64,000 nt of DNA from Podarcis liolepis. Lineage: Eukaryota. The stretch lies in the NCBI GenBank assembly GCA_965112155.1, contig OZ218108.1; one strand, 5' to 3'. The notes below the pieces were generated by a model. The model was not told the origin of the DNA, did no database searches, and was given only the letters and a program-made list of their open reading frames with translations. Made by a program: the position numbers and the translations under genes. Below are positions 1-13,472 of the stretch, piece by piece (the first letter of the stretch is position 1; every line of letters begins with the position of its first letter).

Positions 1-753
1 ATAGGTGGTTCTCATGATATTATTTTTCTCATTATTAATTAGACTTCAGTAAAGTACTGTTCTTTAAAAAGTGAATGAAAACATTAAAAGCTTAAAAGCT
101 TCTATTCTGACAATTGAAAAGTAAAATTTTATGATATTCAAATGCTAATCATATCACTTAGCAGATGACTGAAGAAAGTAGTGTATTTTGAATAGAGGCA
201 TAAATTATAAATTGTAAACAGTGCATGGGGGATATATTGTAACTGCGTCTCATTTAAATTAAGACAGGGAGCTTTTTCTGAAACAGATTATGTGACTTCA
301 TTAAGTTTTAAAATCCACTTTATAATGTTTTATTAAGATCTTTTGGCAACAGGCTACAAACCCCCATGCTATAGCAGTTCAAAGTTGTATAAAGAACTTG
401 GCTATAGCTCACGAGCACATTCATATATTCCAATATTATTTCTACACTTTTCTGTGCTGTTATATAATAAATGTACCTCTCTAATGCTTCTCTCCTTGCC
501 CACAAATATGTTTTTGCTTTTTTAAAAACTAAAAAACATCTCAAACATTTACATGATCAATGTTTTTTGCTTGAGGGATAAAGTTTGCTCTTCCATGGAC
601 AAGTGAGAACATATTGATCATTTTATTCTATTTGCTATTTCTAAATTCAATATACCTCTTGAGTCGATAAGCGAGATCGAGAGCATATTCTTTTTTTGTG
701 TGTGCCTGCTTGTAGCTTGTTCTCAAGATTCAAGATACATTTTTGATTAATCA

Positions 754-965
754 NNNNNNNNNNNNNNNNNNNNNNNNNNNNNNNNNNNNNNNNNNNNNNN
801 NNNNNNNNNNNNNNNNNNNNNNNNNNNNNNNNNNNNNNNNNNNNNNNNNNNNNNNNNNNNNNNNNNNNNNNNNNNNNNNNNNNNNNNNNNNNNNNNNNNN
901 NNNNNNNNNNNNNNNNNNNNNNNNNNNNNNNNNNNNNNNNNNNNNNNNNNNNNNNNNNNNNNNNN
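754..965. other. Assembly gap (N run)
   Basis: Run of N. Confidence 1.
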
Positions 966-3900
966 TGAAAGAAATAGTGTATGTTTTAATTGAAACTTTT
1001 AAGACAAACTTTACTCTTCTTAATTTTACTCATTATTAATGCAGATGAATTCACTGCTTCTAGTGCCATGTTAGCTCACTAACTTTGCTTCTTCTTACAG
1101 TTTCGAAAAAATATATTTTGCCATATAAATTCCATTTTGTTATTTCTTTCCATGCTAATATTCATTTAACATTGTCATTGTGCGAGAGGGAAACAAGGAT
1201 GTTTTTGTTTTGTTTTTCTAGTTTCAATGCCCGTGGGGCTGAATTCTCAGTACAAACTAGAAGTTCCAACTGTGGGATTGGAAGGAATTGTTGAACATTT
1301 TTATTTCACATTTGTCTTCAAAATAACAGTTCTGAGCCTACAGAAAGTGTCATATAATGTAACCTACAAGTATGTCTCCCTTTTGACTTCTGAATACCTG
1401 TTTAATCATATTTGCCACATCTATAGCAATTTGTCTTCTATTACTAGACAGTACATAAATAAGAAATAGTGGCGCAGTTGGTCTGTTAACACCTGGAGAA
1501 CATTTTGTATCAAGCCTGTCTATGATTTGTAATGCTACAGGCAAAAGCCTGTATCATATGGTGGTGCATAAATAAGTGAAAGCTCTCTGGGCTACTTGAG
1601 GACTTTGTTGTAAAACACCTAAAATCAGGGCCTTTCTTCACCTTGTCATAGATTGTTCTCTGCTTCAAACACCATGATCTACTTTTTCTTTCCTCTTAAA
1701 AAGTTCATACTGTCATGGGTAAATCAATGGGGCTAATTAGACACAACAATGCTGTTAAAAATGGAGAGGGAGAAAATAACACATCTGTCATGAACTCCCT
1801 CTTGGAAATGAGACATTTTAAATATTTTATGTTGAACACAAAATATCTTGAGGAGATTGTTTCATATTCTGTATTCCAACACAAACCTCTGTGTGAGAAG
1901 AATAATCCTGCTTGAACAAACCATTTAAACAGTTATTTTTTAAAAGGTAAAAAGCTTCATAATGTGTTCAATATCTCTTTTACTAAAGAATATATAGTAC
2001 ATAAAATGTTTTATCACAGATAATGTATTCAAAATTTACATTTGGAGGCTTTTGGCACCCTAGCAACTTGTCCGTGTTGCGCCACTGCATAGAGGAAAAC
2101 ATGTAATTTGGCATCATAAGATGAGAAAGAGCACTGGAAAATCTTGCCAACAGAAAGAACATTCTCATTCCAATTATTTCTCTTCAGCCAGCATCTAAAT
2201 CAAATTGAATACAAATATTTTGCCCATTAGACTAATCTGAATTGTATTTCTAGCAGTTTTTCCTGCAAGATATGTTTTCTCCTAAGAAAAATATTTAACA
2301 CATTTATATCATACTTTTCAATGACGTGAAACATTTCCTGTTTTCAGCTTGCATAATTTGTGCATCTGCATGTGTTATGCACCTGTGAGTTTGAATTAGA
2401 GCATTTAAAGCAATGTATTTAGGTTAACAGAACAGTAGTAGCAAAAACTGAGTGATGGAAAAGAAAGTGTCCTACATGCTAGAATGACACAAATTCCATA
2501 AGTTGTGCATTCATTAATTTCTAAGTCATGTATGTAAAGCATCTGACCATGGACATATTACTTGCTGTGTTTTTTAAAATCCTTACTAAGAAGAGAAATG
2601 TCCCTACCTGACTTTTTTAAAAAGGTTTCTCCATTAAGACCATTCTGTCCCTTCCGTGAAAACATATATTTCATCTTTGACAACTGTTTCATGGCACTTG
2701 GTGTTACTGATGGTGCATGCACAACTTCTTCTTTCTCCTTTTTTTTTTAACCCCAGGACAGCTGCCAACTGCAGCTGACCCTGCTGTGTTTTCAGCTCCA
2801 GTACATCTTATAAAATAAAGTAGTGTTGTCATGCTGGAAACATATTTGAGGAAATAATTCATGACTATAGTTCACCAGACTGAAAGAGGGGCTCTGCATA
2901 GTGTAGAAATTATCTTTTGGTTTCTGAGTGAATGGTGACAACCAAAACACTCCATAAGACCCAGTTCAAGAAAGAGAGTAGGCATGAGTTTTGGCAAATA
3001 TTGCCACTTCTGCCCTCTGGCTTAGTTTAAATGCTAAAGCAGGATGAAAAAGAAGCACAGTGGTGATCAGAGAACTGAATATTCTGAATAAACTCTTTAT
3101 CCAGAGAGAGAACTCTGAATGATCAAAGTCATGCTTCATAACATGCATTCTGTTTGTCTATCAGCAAATGTACTTACATATGCCAAATTCTCAGAATCCT
3201 GGCTTTACACTAAAACAAGCAGGCTTCTTGCACTCATTAAGGAGGAAAAAACGGTCAAATATTTTCAAGCTCAAAAACTGGAGATCTGATTGTGATCATG
3301 CTCTCAGTCCCTATGCCTGTTACTCGCAGACCTTTTTCTCCATCTTTATGCATTTCATTTGTATGGCCTCAACTAAATCATTCCCCTTCCATGGCCATAG
3401 TTACAAACTGGGGTACACTTCCTGCAGTAGAACTTCCTGCACAGATAGTACTTCCATGTAGGAAATTGCTTGTCACAGTTTAATGAACAGTCACATGTGA
3501 CAAATGACACTTGTGTAATTTGCTGCATGCACATGGTAAGAAACTCTGATTGGTTTCCTCTGAAATAGACTCAACTGAGTTTGCCCTCTGTGGTTCTGTG
3601 TATACAAGGTGTATGCATTTTCATATGCAGAAATTATATCTAAATAGGATATTCATATGCTGTAGTCCTGATAAAATAAAAGGCCATCAGTTATATTTTA
3701 TTGCATTTAAAAATACATCAATATTCTGATTTATAGAAAATTAAGAGAATATTCTGCTTGGTCATTCCAACATGTAATTTTCTGTATTGTGAACCTTTTC
3801 CTATTATTTTGCTTTTCCTCTCCTCCTTTTAGCGTTGATAGATTTTGGGAGCAATAACATTAAGTTAGTATCTTTTTAGATACTTTTCCTGGTTCAGTGT

Positions 3901-5542
3901 GAATAGTTTAGGAGTGGGAAGTCTCTGGGAGAAACAAATGTCATATGAACATCAACTGCATCCTTTTCATGTAGCTTTCTATCACTTTACAATCTTATGC
4001 TGAATGGAAACTGAGTATGTTTGCAACCAATCTACTTATGAACAGTGCCATTTCTATGTTCTCAAAGAAAGTGTAGCAGGAAGAAGAAGTATGTTTTTGG
4101 AATATGCCAAAGGATAAATGGTCTTTCTATGTAGCTTGAATAATTAGCTGTCCAATGAAGTTATCGGACAGGCACAAAGATAAACTGTGTTAGCGGATAA
4201 GAAAACTTTCAAAAGCAAAACCTTTTAGACATATGGAATACATAGGGCAACACTTAATTTGTCCTATTATTTTCTTCTACATAAGTGTCACACAAAATAT
4301 GTAGACTAGATTGTTGGATGTCTGTTGAAGATGCAGGTTTGAGCGTGACAAATGAGATTTACACTTCAAGTGGTGGGTTGTTCAGTTATATAAATATAGC
4401 CTAGTGATTAAAAGTCTTTGTGCTAATGTGCTAGCTCCTAGCACCATCATTATCAGCAATGTAATAAGCCCAGCTTTAGTTAATTTAGCATCTAAAAGAG
4501 AAGCATACATTTTATTGCCTTATCTGTGCCTTATCTGTAGTAAATTGTATATGAACTGGATCCAGCCAATGTTTCAGATCCTAACCCCGCCCCACCCCCA
4601 TAGACCAACTTTGACAGGTGAATGGGGGCCACCTTGTATCCTTATGAAGTTATGTGACTTTGCAGATGTTCACTATAACTGCCAATCACCTGATAGATGG
4701 TTACTGCAAGCCCCTTTGATGATGTAGCATCAGGACCCATCAGCTGACTGGTGCTGAGAGCACACCTTCAAAGGGAGTTTCTATAACTGCTGATTGGCAA
4801 TTACAGTGAACACCTTTGAAGTCCATCCGCAGGTGTGGTTAAAATTCAAACCACATCTGCAAACAGTCATTTCTCCTCTGCAAACCAGCGAGTTTATTGG
4901 GGCCCAAAGTGTGTCTTCAATGGGGCTTGCTGACAGTGCCAGTCTGCTGATCAGTACTGACAGCTACCCCCATCAGCTGCATTAGGGATCTCCCAGTGGG
5001 AACAATCGGGAACTCACTTTAAGTTTCCACTTGTTCCTTTAGATTTTTTTTTACCTGCCCCACATGACACCATGCATGGGGAAAAGTGGTTGTGATTTGA
5101 ATAAAACATGCTCCTGGGCTAAACTGGGAACTGTGCTGAGCTTAATTAGGCCTATGGGCAGGAGGTTCCCCAACCCTGCAGAAACTGCTCAGAAACCCTA
5201 TTCTTCTATCTTACATAAGCAGCTCCTTCCCCATCTTCCCTGGAGCTACTTAAGAAAGACCTGTGTGCCCTAAGGGAAGGCAGAAGTAAGGGAGCCCAGA
5301 CCAGGTTGCACACACACTAGCAGCTCCTGATAGAACATTCTATGGCCTGAGAGAAATGTTGGAGCAGCTCCTATCTTCCTGGAGTTCTGTGTGCCCTGAG
5401 GAAAGATGAAAGCCCAGTCCAGGAAGCTTGTGCCATCATCTCTCACTTAGCCTGAGAGGATTTTGTCATGCCACATTTTATATCATATATTTGTTTTAGT
5501 ACTTTAAAAGTAAAAACTGCCTCAAGTGCCTTGGCACAGAGG

Positions 5543-5544
<2 letters not shown>

Positions 5545-5582
<38 letters not shown>

Positions 5583-5590
5583 ACACACAC
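5545..5590. repeat. (GT)18(AC)5 fold-back microsatellite
   Basis: Seen directly. Confidence 0.95.
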
Positions 5591-5741
5591 TACTAGTTTC
5601 CAGGCTGTCTGGCAGTCAAAAACTTTTACTAGTCCCCCCCCCTCCAGCACTATCTGAAGGCTGTTGCCATGGCTAAGGAATGGAACCAAGAAGAGCTTTG
5701 CTGCAGACCAGGTGTGAGTCTCATTGTCTCTTCCCCATCTC

Positions 5742-5911
5742 CAGTGCTTTTTTTCTGGGGGTAAACGGGTATGCATACCCCTAAACATTTTGTGAATCTT
5801 TGTACTTTTGTACTTTTGTAATTTATTTTTCCCAATTTGAACTATAAAATGGTGGTTTTCTTGAGTCAAAATGAGAGTACCCCTAAACATTTTTTTAGAA
5901 AGAAAGTACTC
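5742..5911. mobile_element. Short MITE (non-autonomous DNA transposon)
   Basis: Terminal inverted repeats cagtgctttttttct / agaaagaaagtactc (12/15 match). Internal direct repeat tacccctaaacatttt near 5776 and 5878. Confidence 0.6.
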
Positions 5912-7321
5912 AGCATTGCCCCTGAGTAACGAAGGCAAGGAGAAGTATCTTTGTTAGTGGGGAGAGGGGAGGTTCCTCTCCTTTCACCATGGTGGCAAAG
6001 GGAAAGGTTGAGCCATCTAGGTAGCCACCTTACCACAGTGCCACCTGTTTTTGACCCAATCTGTAACCTTCCACTACAGACATTAATGGAGCCAGTTAAT
6101 TCTGTGACAGTTCCTTTTTTGTGTGTGTGTGGCAGAAAACGAACCAAAGCTCTCAAGGACACCATTTGAGTGGAGGAAAAATCTATAGCCATTGAGTGAG
6201 GGCAAAAGAGAGGCCATTCACTTTCATTAGAGGAAATATCTCACTATACTTGGTAACACATTTGGAAGTAAGGCAAAAGCCCTACAGTACTTACAATAGG
6301 TCACTGGATTCAGGGATTTCCTCATCCCAACTGCATACCCCGGTAGCAATTTATTGTCATAAATTTCAGTAGTTCCCATTGATATCTGTGGGGCAAAGTA
6401 TGGTAAAGGGCCTGCAATATGCAACACAGCTGAAGGGTCTCTAGTGTCACAAGCAGGTTGGGGAGACACTTTTATTTCATTTTCCCTAATGAGAAAAGTA
6501 CACTCAAGGACACTGGTGATGGTGTCACCAAACACTGACAACTTCACCTTTGCTGTTATAGGGTTGTAAGGGGGACTAGCCCAGTCAGGAGCAGAGACCA
6601 TTGACCTCCACATTTCATCATGGTCTCATTGAGTCAGTGATTATATTCCAGATTTCATAATTGCCTCGGAGTGGGCAACTCTATATATTTCAATGGGTAG
6701 AGAATTCAATAGACTGTCCCCTAACAAATTTATAATATGATTTTTTTTTAAAAGCATTTCTGCTGAAGCTAATACACAGTCCAGTTCATGTGATTATTCT
6801 CAATATTCTGCTCTTATTACTGGAGACTTGCAGTCAAAGATGCGATGGTTTATAACAGATAAGCTCTGTAGGCAGTGATATTACTGTGGCAATATGCAAG
6901 AAAGTACAAAGGTAATGTTCATGCTGCCATGGAGCTTTGAGATAGAATTAGATGATCCATAACTAAAAGGTCCATAAACCAAGCCTTTTCCTCCAGCCCC
7001 TAGCGTCACATTAGAAACTGCAAATGAAAGACCTTGTAGGGCTGACAACAAACTGCTTTTCTAGAAATCTAACCGTACAGATTCATTTGCCTGTAAGATT
7101 TCCATTTTTACGACAGTGTAGGGAAATTCCAGTTCTGTTCATACAGCCAGTTATTGATACCAGGTTTTCTAGTCAAGCACACCCTATTTTTTCCTGTTCT
7201 CTCTTTCTCCCCCCACCCCAGTATTCTAAATTCAGCCTAATAAGCTCCTCATGACCTGATAAGAGACTCAAATTTAAAATAGGAAACAGAATAGAAATGG
7301 GTAGTGAACTGACATAGAAGT

Positions 7322-7502
7322 GGGGCCATAGATCCATGGTAGAGCACATGTTTTGCATGCTGAAGCTTCCAGGTTCAGATCCCAGCATCTCCAGGTAGGA
7401 TTGTGAAAGTCCTTTCTCTGACAACCCTGGATAAATAGCCACTGCCAGTCACAATACAGGCTCAATGCTCTGACTCTGTATAAGGCAGTTTCTTGTGTTC
7501 CC
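7322..7502 (+). mobile_element. tRNA-derived SINE, Squam3-like (squamate)
   Basis: tRNA-like head ggggccatagatccatggtagagca...aggttcagatcccagcatctcca with degenerate A and B boxes, body gccactgccagtca and tail tctgactctgtataaggcagtttcttgtgttcc, resembling the Squam3 consensus as I recall it. Confidence 0.75.
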
Positions 7503-7994
7503 ATGACCTTCATTGGGATCATTGGTGAGGTACACTATGGAAAATCTATTCAGAACAAATGATAGTCAAGGGAAGTATGTTATTCCAGTACTATCCCTAG
7601 TTTAAGCCAAGCATCAGCAAGAAATAGTGCAGTGGAAGCAGGGCCTCATCAGCTGACATGAATGGAGAAATAATGCTAGAGGCTGAATCATATTTCTGAA
7701 AATTACCTCTAATTTAGTAATCTCTTCCTTCTTCTATATGAACCACTCACAATACATGATGGAAGCACATGGAAGATTGGCTTCTCAACATACTGAAAAT
7801 AAATAATGTAATGCAAAATTTGTTAGGTACTGTATATATCTATCCAGAATTGACTGCTAGGGCAGTTACAGATTTTGAGAGGTTAGCCATATTTGTATCT
7901 AATAAATCTAAAGGTGTCTAGTGTCTGGAACTATCTTGGAAAATTCTCCTGGGAGCAAATAGTCTGAGAATGGGACATGGGTTGTAGTATCTGC

Positions 7995-8055
7995 ACTAGA
8001 TTTAGGGTGGTGTGGGTGCTTCCTCTGCACAGGGCACCAAGCTGAGGGGGTGCAA

Positions 8056-8107
<52 letters not shown>

Positions 8108-8305
8108 CCTATAGTTATACAGGTATCTGCTGAGAAGTTCCATAAATAAGCAACTGTACCAAAAGGAATTACTACGAAAATAATAAGTATTTGGGGAGGG
8201 GGTATAAACAGAATAGAAGGGGGTGCATATATATATTTGTCCTTTTCAGGGGATGCCAAATTTTGTCCTTACTCAGGGTGCCATGTTACCTAATTCCGCC
8301 CCTGG
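7995..8305. mobile_element. Degraded GC-ended MITE containing a (TAA)n microsatellite at about 8056-8106
   Basis: Weakly inverted ends (gatttaggg...cagggcacc / cagggtgcc...cctaattccgcccctg). Confidence 0.35.
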
Positions 8306-11300
8306 CAGAAGTAGTCATTGATCTACTTATGCACCTCCAGATGGTGGAGATGTGAAGCAGCATCCTAGCGCCTAGGCATCTTCACTTGGTTGCAAGTGGC
8401 CAACAGCCAGGTGCAAAATGCACCTGCCGCCTGGCAAATTTCAAACACTGATGAAAAGCCTTACGTAGCTATGTTCTACAATTTTTCAGCTTACAAACTA
8501 TGCTGTGTCCCTTTTTAGATTTCTTGTTCTATCTCGTCTTTAAATAAATAAAATAGCAATAGACTTGCGTTATCCCCAAAAAATCATTACAGGTTTATAC
8601 ATTTATTGTAACTGACCTTGAAGCTTTAGGATGTGTTGATTCAAAACCCAAATAAATAGCCAGGTGCTGTTTGGTGACACATGCCTTTTCATTTAAGCCA
8701 TGGATGGAGAATTAGATGCACTGATAGCAGCTGATAGATATCAAGAAACCCAGAGTTCACACTTCATTAAAATGCAGGTTAAATTCTTTAAAGATAGCCA
8801 TTCAGGTATCTTGTGTAATCTTCTATCAGGATTGTATCTGCATTTCAGTTTGTAAGGCACTACCTGTTTGGAATAGGATAAAGACCCATTGTTATTGTCA
8901 GACCTGTTTCAAGCTAAATATTCTTCTAGTCCTTTGTGGCTGCCATTTTTTATCAGGCATTCAGAACAGCTTTCCTTTGCTGATCTGCCATTTTCGGACA
9001 TATCACTGTTTCACTTGTATGATTTCTGGTGAGACAAGCTCAGACCTGGCTGCTTTTCTCTCAATAACAGAGAAAAGAAATGTCTCTGGTGCCTACTCTG
9101 CAGAGAAAGTTCATTCATGTGTAAATTATCAGTTGGCCTTTATTTGCTTGGCCTGTGGAGAGTACACATGCAGATAAAAGGCTCTGTGGGTCAGGGTTTA
9201 GTACATGCAGGTTTCTCCAGTGGCCACAATGGCACTGTTAGAATTGTTGTCAAAGATTATCAGACAGGCTAGGATGTCTTATCATTATTTACTTGCAGTT
9301 TACAGAGTTAAAATAAAATTCTGCAAGCAGGATTCTATTAGAATGTTAGAACAAAATCCACAGCATGACTACTATAAGAAGTACCTTTCTTAATGAGAAA
9401 TATTTAAAGATCCATACAGATCTGTTTAAGAATATCTGTTTGTTAATATCACAATATTTCTTTACTTCATTATCCAGGCTACCATATCACCCTCTACCAA
9501 TAATAGAAAGCAGTTTCATTGCAGTGTCTTCAAAATTTTTGTCTTCCTTATATGTATAGTTGCTAATGTGACTATTGAATCATGGGGAACTGCTTTAAAT
9601 ATGCTAAGATATTTATTGCACAATTGTACATTCTGCGGTGATGTTTGCACTGGCATAAGAAGTAGGTAGCAGCTGCAGTCTATGTGAGGCTGCAGAAAAG
9701 TTGTTTGATCTACAAGATCAGTAGCCTGTTACTTGGTTGCCTTTCATTGAAACATAATCAAGAATCATTAAGGCCTATTAGCAGCTGTGTTGTAAGTACA
9801 TTTTATAATGCAGTTCTCAGAGCCCCAGTTATCCTTACTAAAGTAAAGTTGTTAAGCTACAACTGTCTCTTAGTTACAGGAGGTTGATCATAAATGAGAT
9901 AGGATACTAAGCTTTTGAAATGGAAATTCAAGACCCACAGGATTTGATCCATCAGGTCAGCTTCAATTCAGACATTTGGGACCAACCTGCCATTGAATGG
10001 CTGGTACCCAAGGTCATAGCTGGAAAGAGCACTATTAACATATCTGCATATATTTGTAATGTTATCATGAAAAGAAAAGAAAAATTATCCAGAATAACAA
10101 AATCATTTCACATTAGTTTTATTTTTTCCTTCCTAATCATTTTCTTGCCCTTCTTACTAGTGATATTTTATATTGGCTGCATTATTAGCATTCACATACT
10201 TAACTGTTTTGCTTGCTTTATTTTTAAACTTGCCCTTTGAAATTATATTAGTGTTGATAGTTTGTCATTGATTTCCTTGATACTTTGTTATTTGGGCATT
10301 TTAAATGCCTAACTAGTTTCTCTAGAAGAAAAATACCACACTATGTGAGATTGAAAACCTTATTTCTTGAATGTTTCCCGTTTGGCAGAAGGAAGGAGGT
10401 GGGTGTGAAACTCACTGAGAAGGAAGATCACTTGGTTCTTCAGAAAGGCCTCAACACAGCCACTGGTGCAGGAAGACAAAATTCTGCAGAACTAAATATT
10501 TATGGTGTCATACTTGCCCTGGCATTTAGAATACATCTTATATGGTAAAGTCCAAAATGCAGATGAATGAAAGCACTGAAATCAGTGATTCATGAGAAGT
10601 ATTGTGACAGATTTGATTGCTGTTACAGATTATTTAGATAACTTATCTTGTTTCTGCTTTTTGTAAAATGCTGTACAGTCTTATGTGATTACATAAATAT
10701 GCCCATAAGCTAACAGAGCAGAAACTATCTCAATGGGGAATGTAAGGAGGGTCACATATGATTATATGGATTTAAGTAGAGTATGTTCCCAGGGACTTGT
10801 GTGCAAAATATAGTAGGTGTTCATATCTGTGTGTGAGCCACTTCTGTGCAGCAACTTTCCAGACCTTCCCTGAAACATGTAACCCGGTTTATCATGCAAA
10901 TCTTCATATGAGCTACCCAGAAAAAAAGCATATAGTACAGTTCTCCTGATACTCCACCACTTCAGAATGCTGTGTCAAAAACTTCCAAGCTCTGGAAAGC
11001 TAACATGTCAGAGAGAATGTTTGTAATCTAGCACAGAGACACGTGATTCCCCTACCTGCATTCTGATGTGGTATAATCAAAGGAGGAGTATAATATCCTC
11101 CCCCCCAAAAATATATATATAAATCAATTCAGTTAAAAGATTTCCAAATGGTGTGACAAAGGAAATCCATCACACATTCATTGGCATCAAACCCATCCAT
11201 TGGCATAAAAACTCCAGGCACCAGTGTCATCAGGCTGTGCAGTTGTTTAGTCCCTGTCACTCCCTGGTAATTATCAGGGAATCCACAGGTGGTTATTGAA

Positions 11301-11399
11301 CCATCAATTTTTAATCAGTGGAAATTATTCATCTCTTTTCACACACAATGAAAGCTCAACTATGATATTACAATGTTTGGCACCACTATAAAAAAATTT

Positions 11400-12010
11400 G
11401 CCTTGCTGAATTGGACAGAGTTCTAGTTTTGAATTCTGCTTCCAATAGTAGAAAGGTAACAAATAGGACATGAGAGTGATAGCCCTGTTTTATTCCTTTT
11501 TTGTGATGGGTGATAAACTACTTCTGAACATCGAGGACCCACTTAGCACTCTTAACTAATAACAGTTGATAGATTTATCTTTCATGAATTTGTCTAATCC
11601 TTTTCATAGCCATCTAAGTGAGGGCCATTTTCCCCATGTACAGTGAATTCCATTACTTTTATATATTGTGTAAAGAAATATCTATTTCAGTCTACTACAG
11701 CCCATCCGTTTTATTGGATAGCCCAAGATTCAGTACTATATTGTGAAATAGAGATAATCTAGTCACTTACTCCACATTGTTCATAAAGTTATTGATTTCT
11801 GTAGTGTTCCCCTTAGACATCTTCTCCACCTCCAACACAAACTAAACTGGACTTGCCTGTGGCTGCAATGTAAGTTTACATATTGGCATTATATTTACAG
11901 TTTTCTTTTCAATTCTTTTGTAAATGTTTTCTCTTCCTGGACAAATGATTTCCAGTAAGCCTTTTCACTTCAAGATCTTTATCTAGTTGGTTGCAGCCAA
12001 GTTAGAGCCA
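11400..12010 (-). mobile_element. Ancient CR1 LINE, 3' end fragment
   Basis: gatttatctttcatgaatttgtctaatcctttt...agccatctaag...gaattccattac...tgtgtaaagaaata resembles the reverse complement of the CR1 ORF2 C-terminus and 3'UTR. Confidence 0.6.
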
Positions 12011-13185
12011 TGCACGATACAGATGTTTATTATGAATAAAATGCCTTCAGTGCCATAGTGTGCTTTCAAATGGGAGTGTAATATCACAAACACATATTTG
12101 GCAACAGGTTTTTTAAAAAAACAACAACCCGTGAAATTTTCCATGAAAAATGTTCTGGGGGAGGGGATGGCTTCATGTGAACTGTAGCAAATTTACATGC
12201 AATAAATAAATTAAATCAATAAATAAAATTCCACAATAAATATCTGTCTGGAACTACTACATTGGGCAAAGAAAGTGGAACCAAGGGTCTTTGGAAGAAA
12301 AACTAAACTTGGCAGAAGTCCTCCCAAGTACATTAGAGGAGCGGAGGGAAAGGAAAAGCATGCAAACCCAAAGCTTCATTCAGCTCACAGAGTCTTGTCA
12401 GTGCTAAACCATGGTTTAGTGTTACATGTAAACTGGGCTACTGTTCTTCTGGCTCACTTCCAGCATCTAGTGAATGTAAATAAACATTTGTTATTGGTTT
12501 TTATATTTATATTTTTGCCTTTTCTTATAGTCAATTTGTGCTTTTTGTTTTCCAGTTTGTGTTCTTTTTCAATTTCCTCATGTGAGCACAATTTTAAAAT
12601 AATTCCTCTTCCCTTTCATAACTTCCTTAATTTGCATTTTGTCTATGAGCATCCTTTGGCGCTTTTGAGTCTTTTCTGATGAGTCCTATAGATTCCTATT
12701 GAATCTATATTATAGTTGTTTTATATAAACTACAAGCTTCGTAATGATATTTCAACCTTCAGTACCTTCATTTTTGAGAAACTTCCCCTCCTGAATATTG
12801 ATGAAGGAATATATTCCGCTCATATATGTATGATTGTGAAAGCACATTTGCACCTGATCTTGTGTACTGCTTAGGTTTAAATCAAGAATCACTTCTGCTC
12901 TTGGTGGTCCTTATTACCAAAATGTCATAAAACATTATTTATTATATCCAGAAATAACATATGAATTTACAATTTACAATTTATGCACTCATTTTTTAAA
13001 CAGTTGAAGCCACTCATTAGTATTGCTTTTTCTACTTCAGCTACCTCCTTGGTTTATTTTTACACCTCAAAATTAACATCGTGTTTTGGTGAGGCAGATT
13101 CTTACTTTAACAATAAGATTCTGCCAATAGAAGTTTGGAAAGAATTCCCGCCCCCCTTCAGATTTCTAACTTAATGGACTCTATA

Positions 13186-13472
13186 CAGTGGTGCCTCGCA
13201 AGACGAAATTAATCCATTCCGTGAGTCTCTTCGTCTTGCGGTTTTTTCGTCTTGTGAAGCACGGCTATTAGCGGCTTAACGGCTTAGCGGCTATTAACGG
13301 CTTAGCGGCTTTAAGAAAAAGGAAACAAACTCGCAAGAACTCGCAAGACGTTTTGTCTTGCAAAGCAAGCCCATAGGGAAATTCGTCTTGCGGAACGACT
13401 CAAAAAACGGAAAACTCTTTCATCAAGTGAGTTTTTCGTCTTGCGAGGCATTCGTCTTGCGGGCCACCACTG
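13186..13472 (+). mobile_element. Tc1/mariner-superfamily (Tigger/pogo-like) MITE, copy 1, 287 bp
   Basis: TA target duplications at 13184-85 and 13473-74. TIRs cagtggtgcctcgcaagacgaa / ttcgtcttgcgggccaccactg. Repeated CGTCTTGCG-type motifs and an internal gcggcttag/gcggctatta minisatellite. Confidence 0.9.

Noticed and set aside
7322-7395. tRNA gene
   Set aside because: Degenerate and continuous with a SINE body and tail
12540-13180. Possible ancient L1 fragment on the minus strand
   Set aside because: T-rich bias is suggestive but I could not read a diagnostic motif
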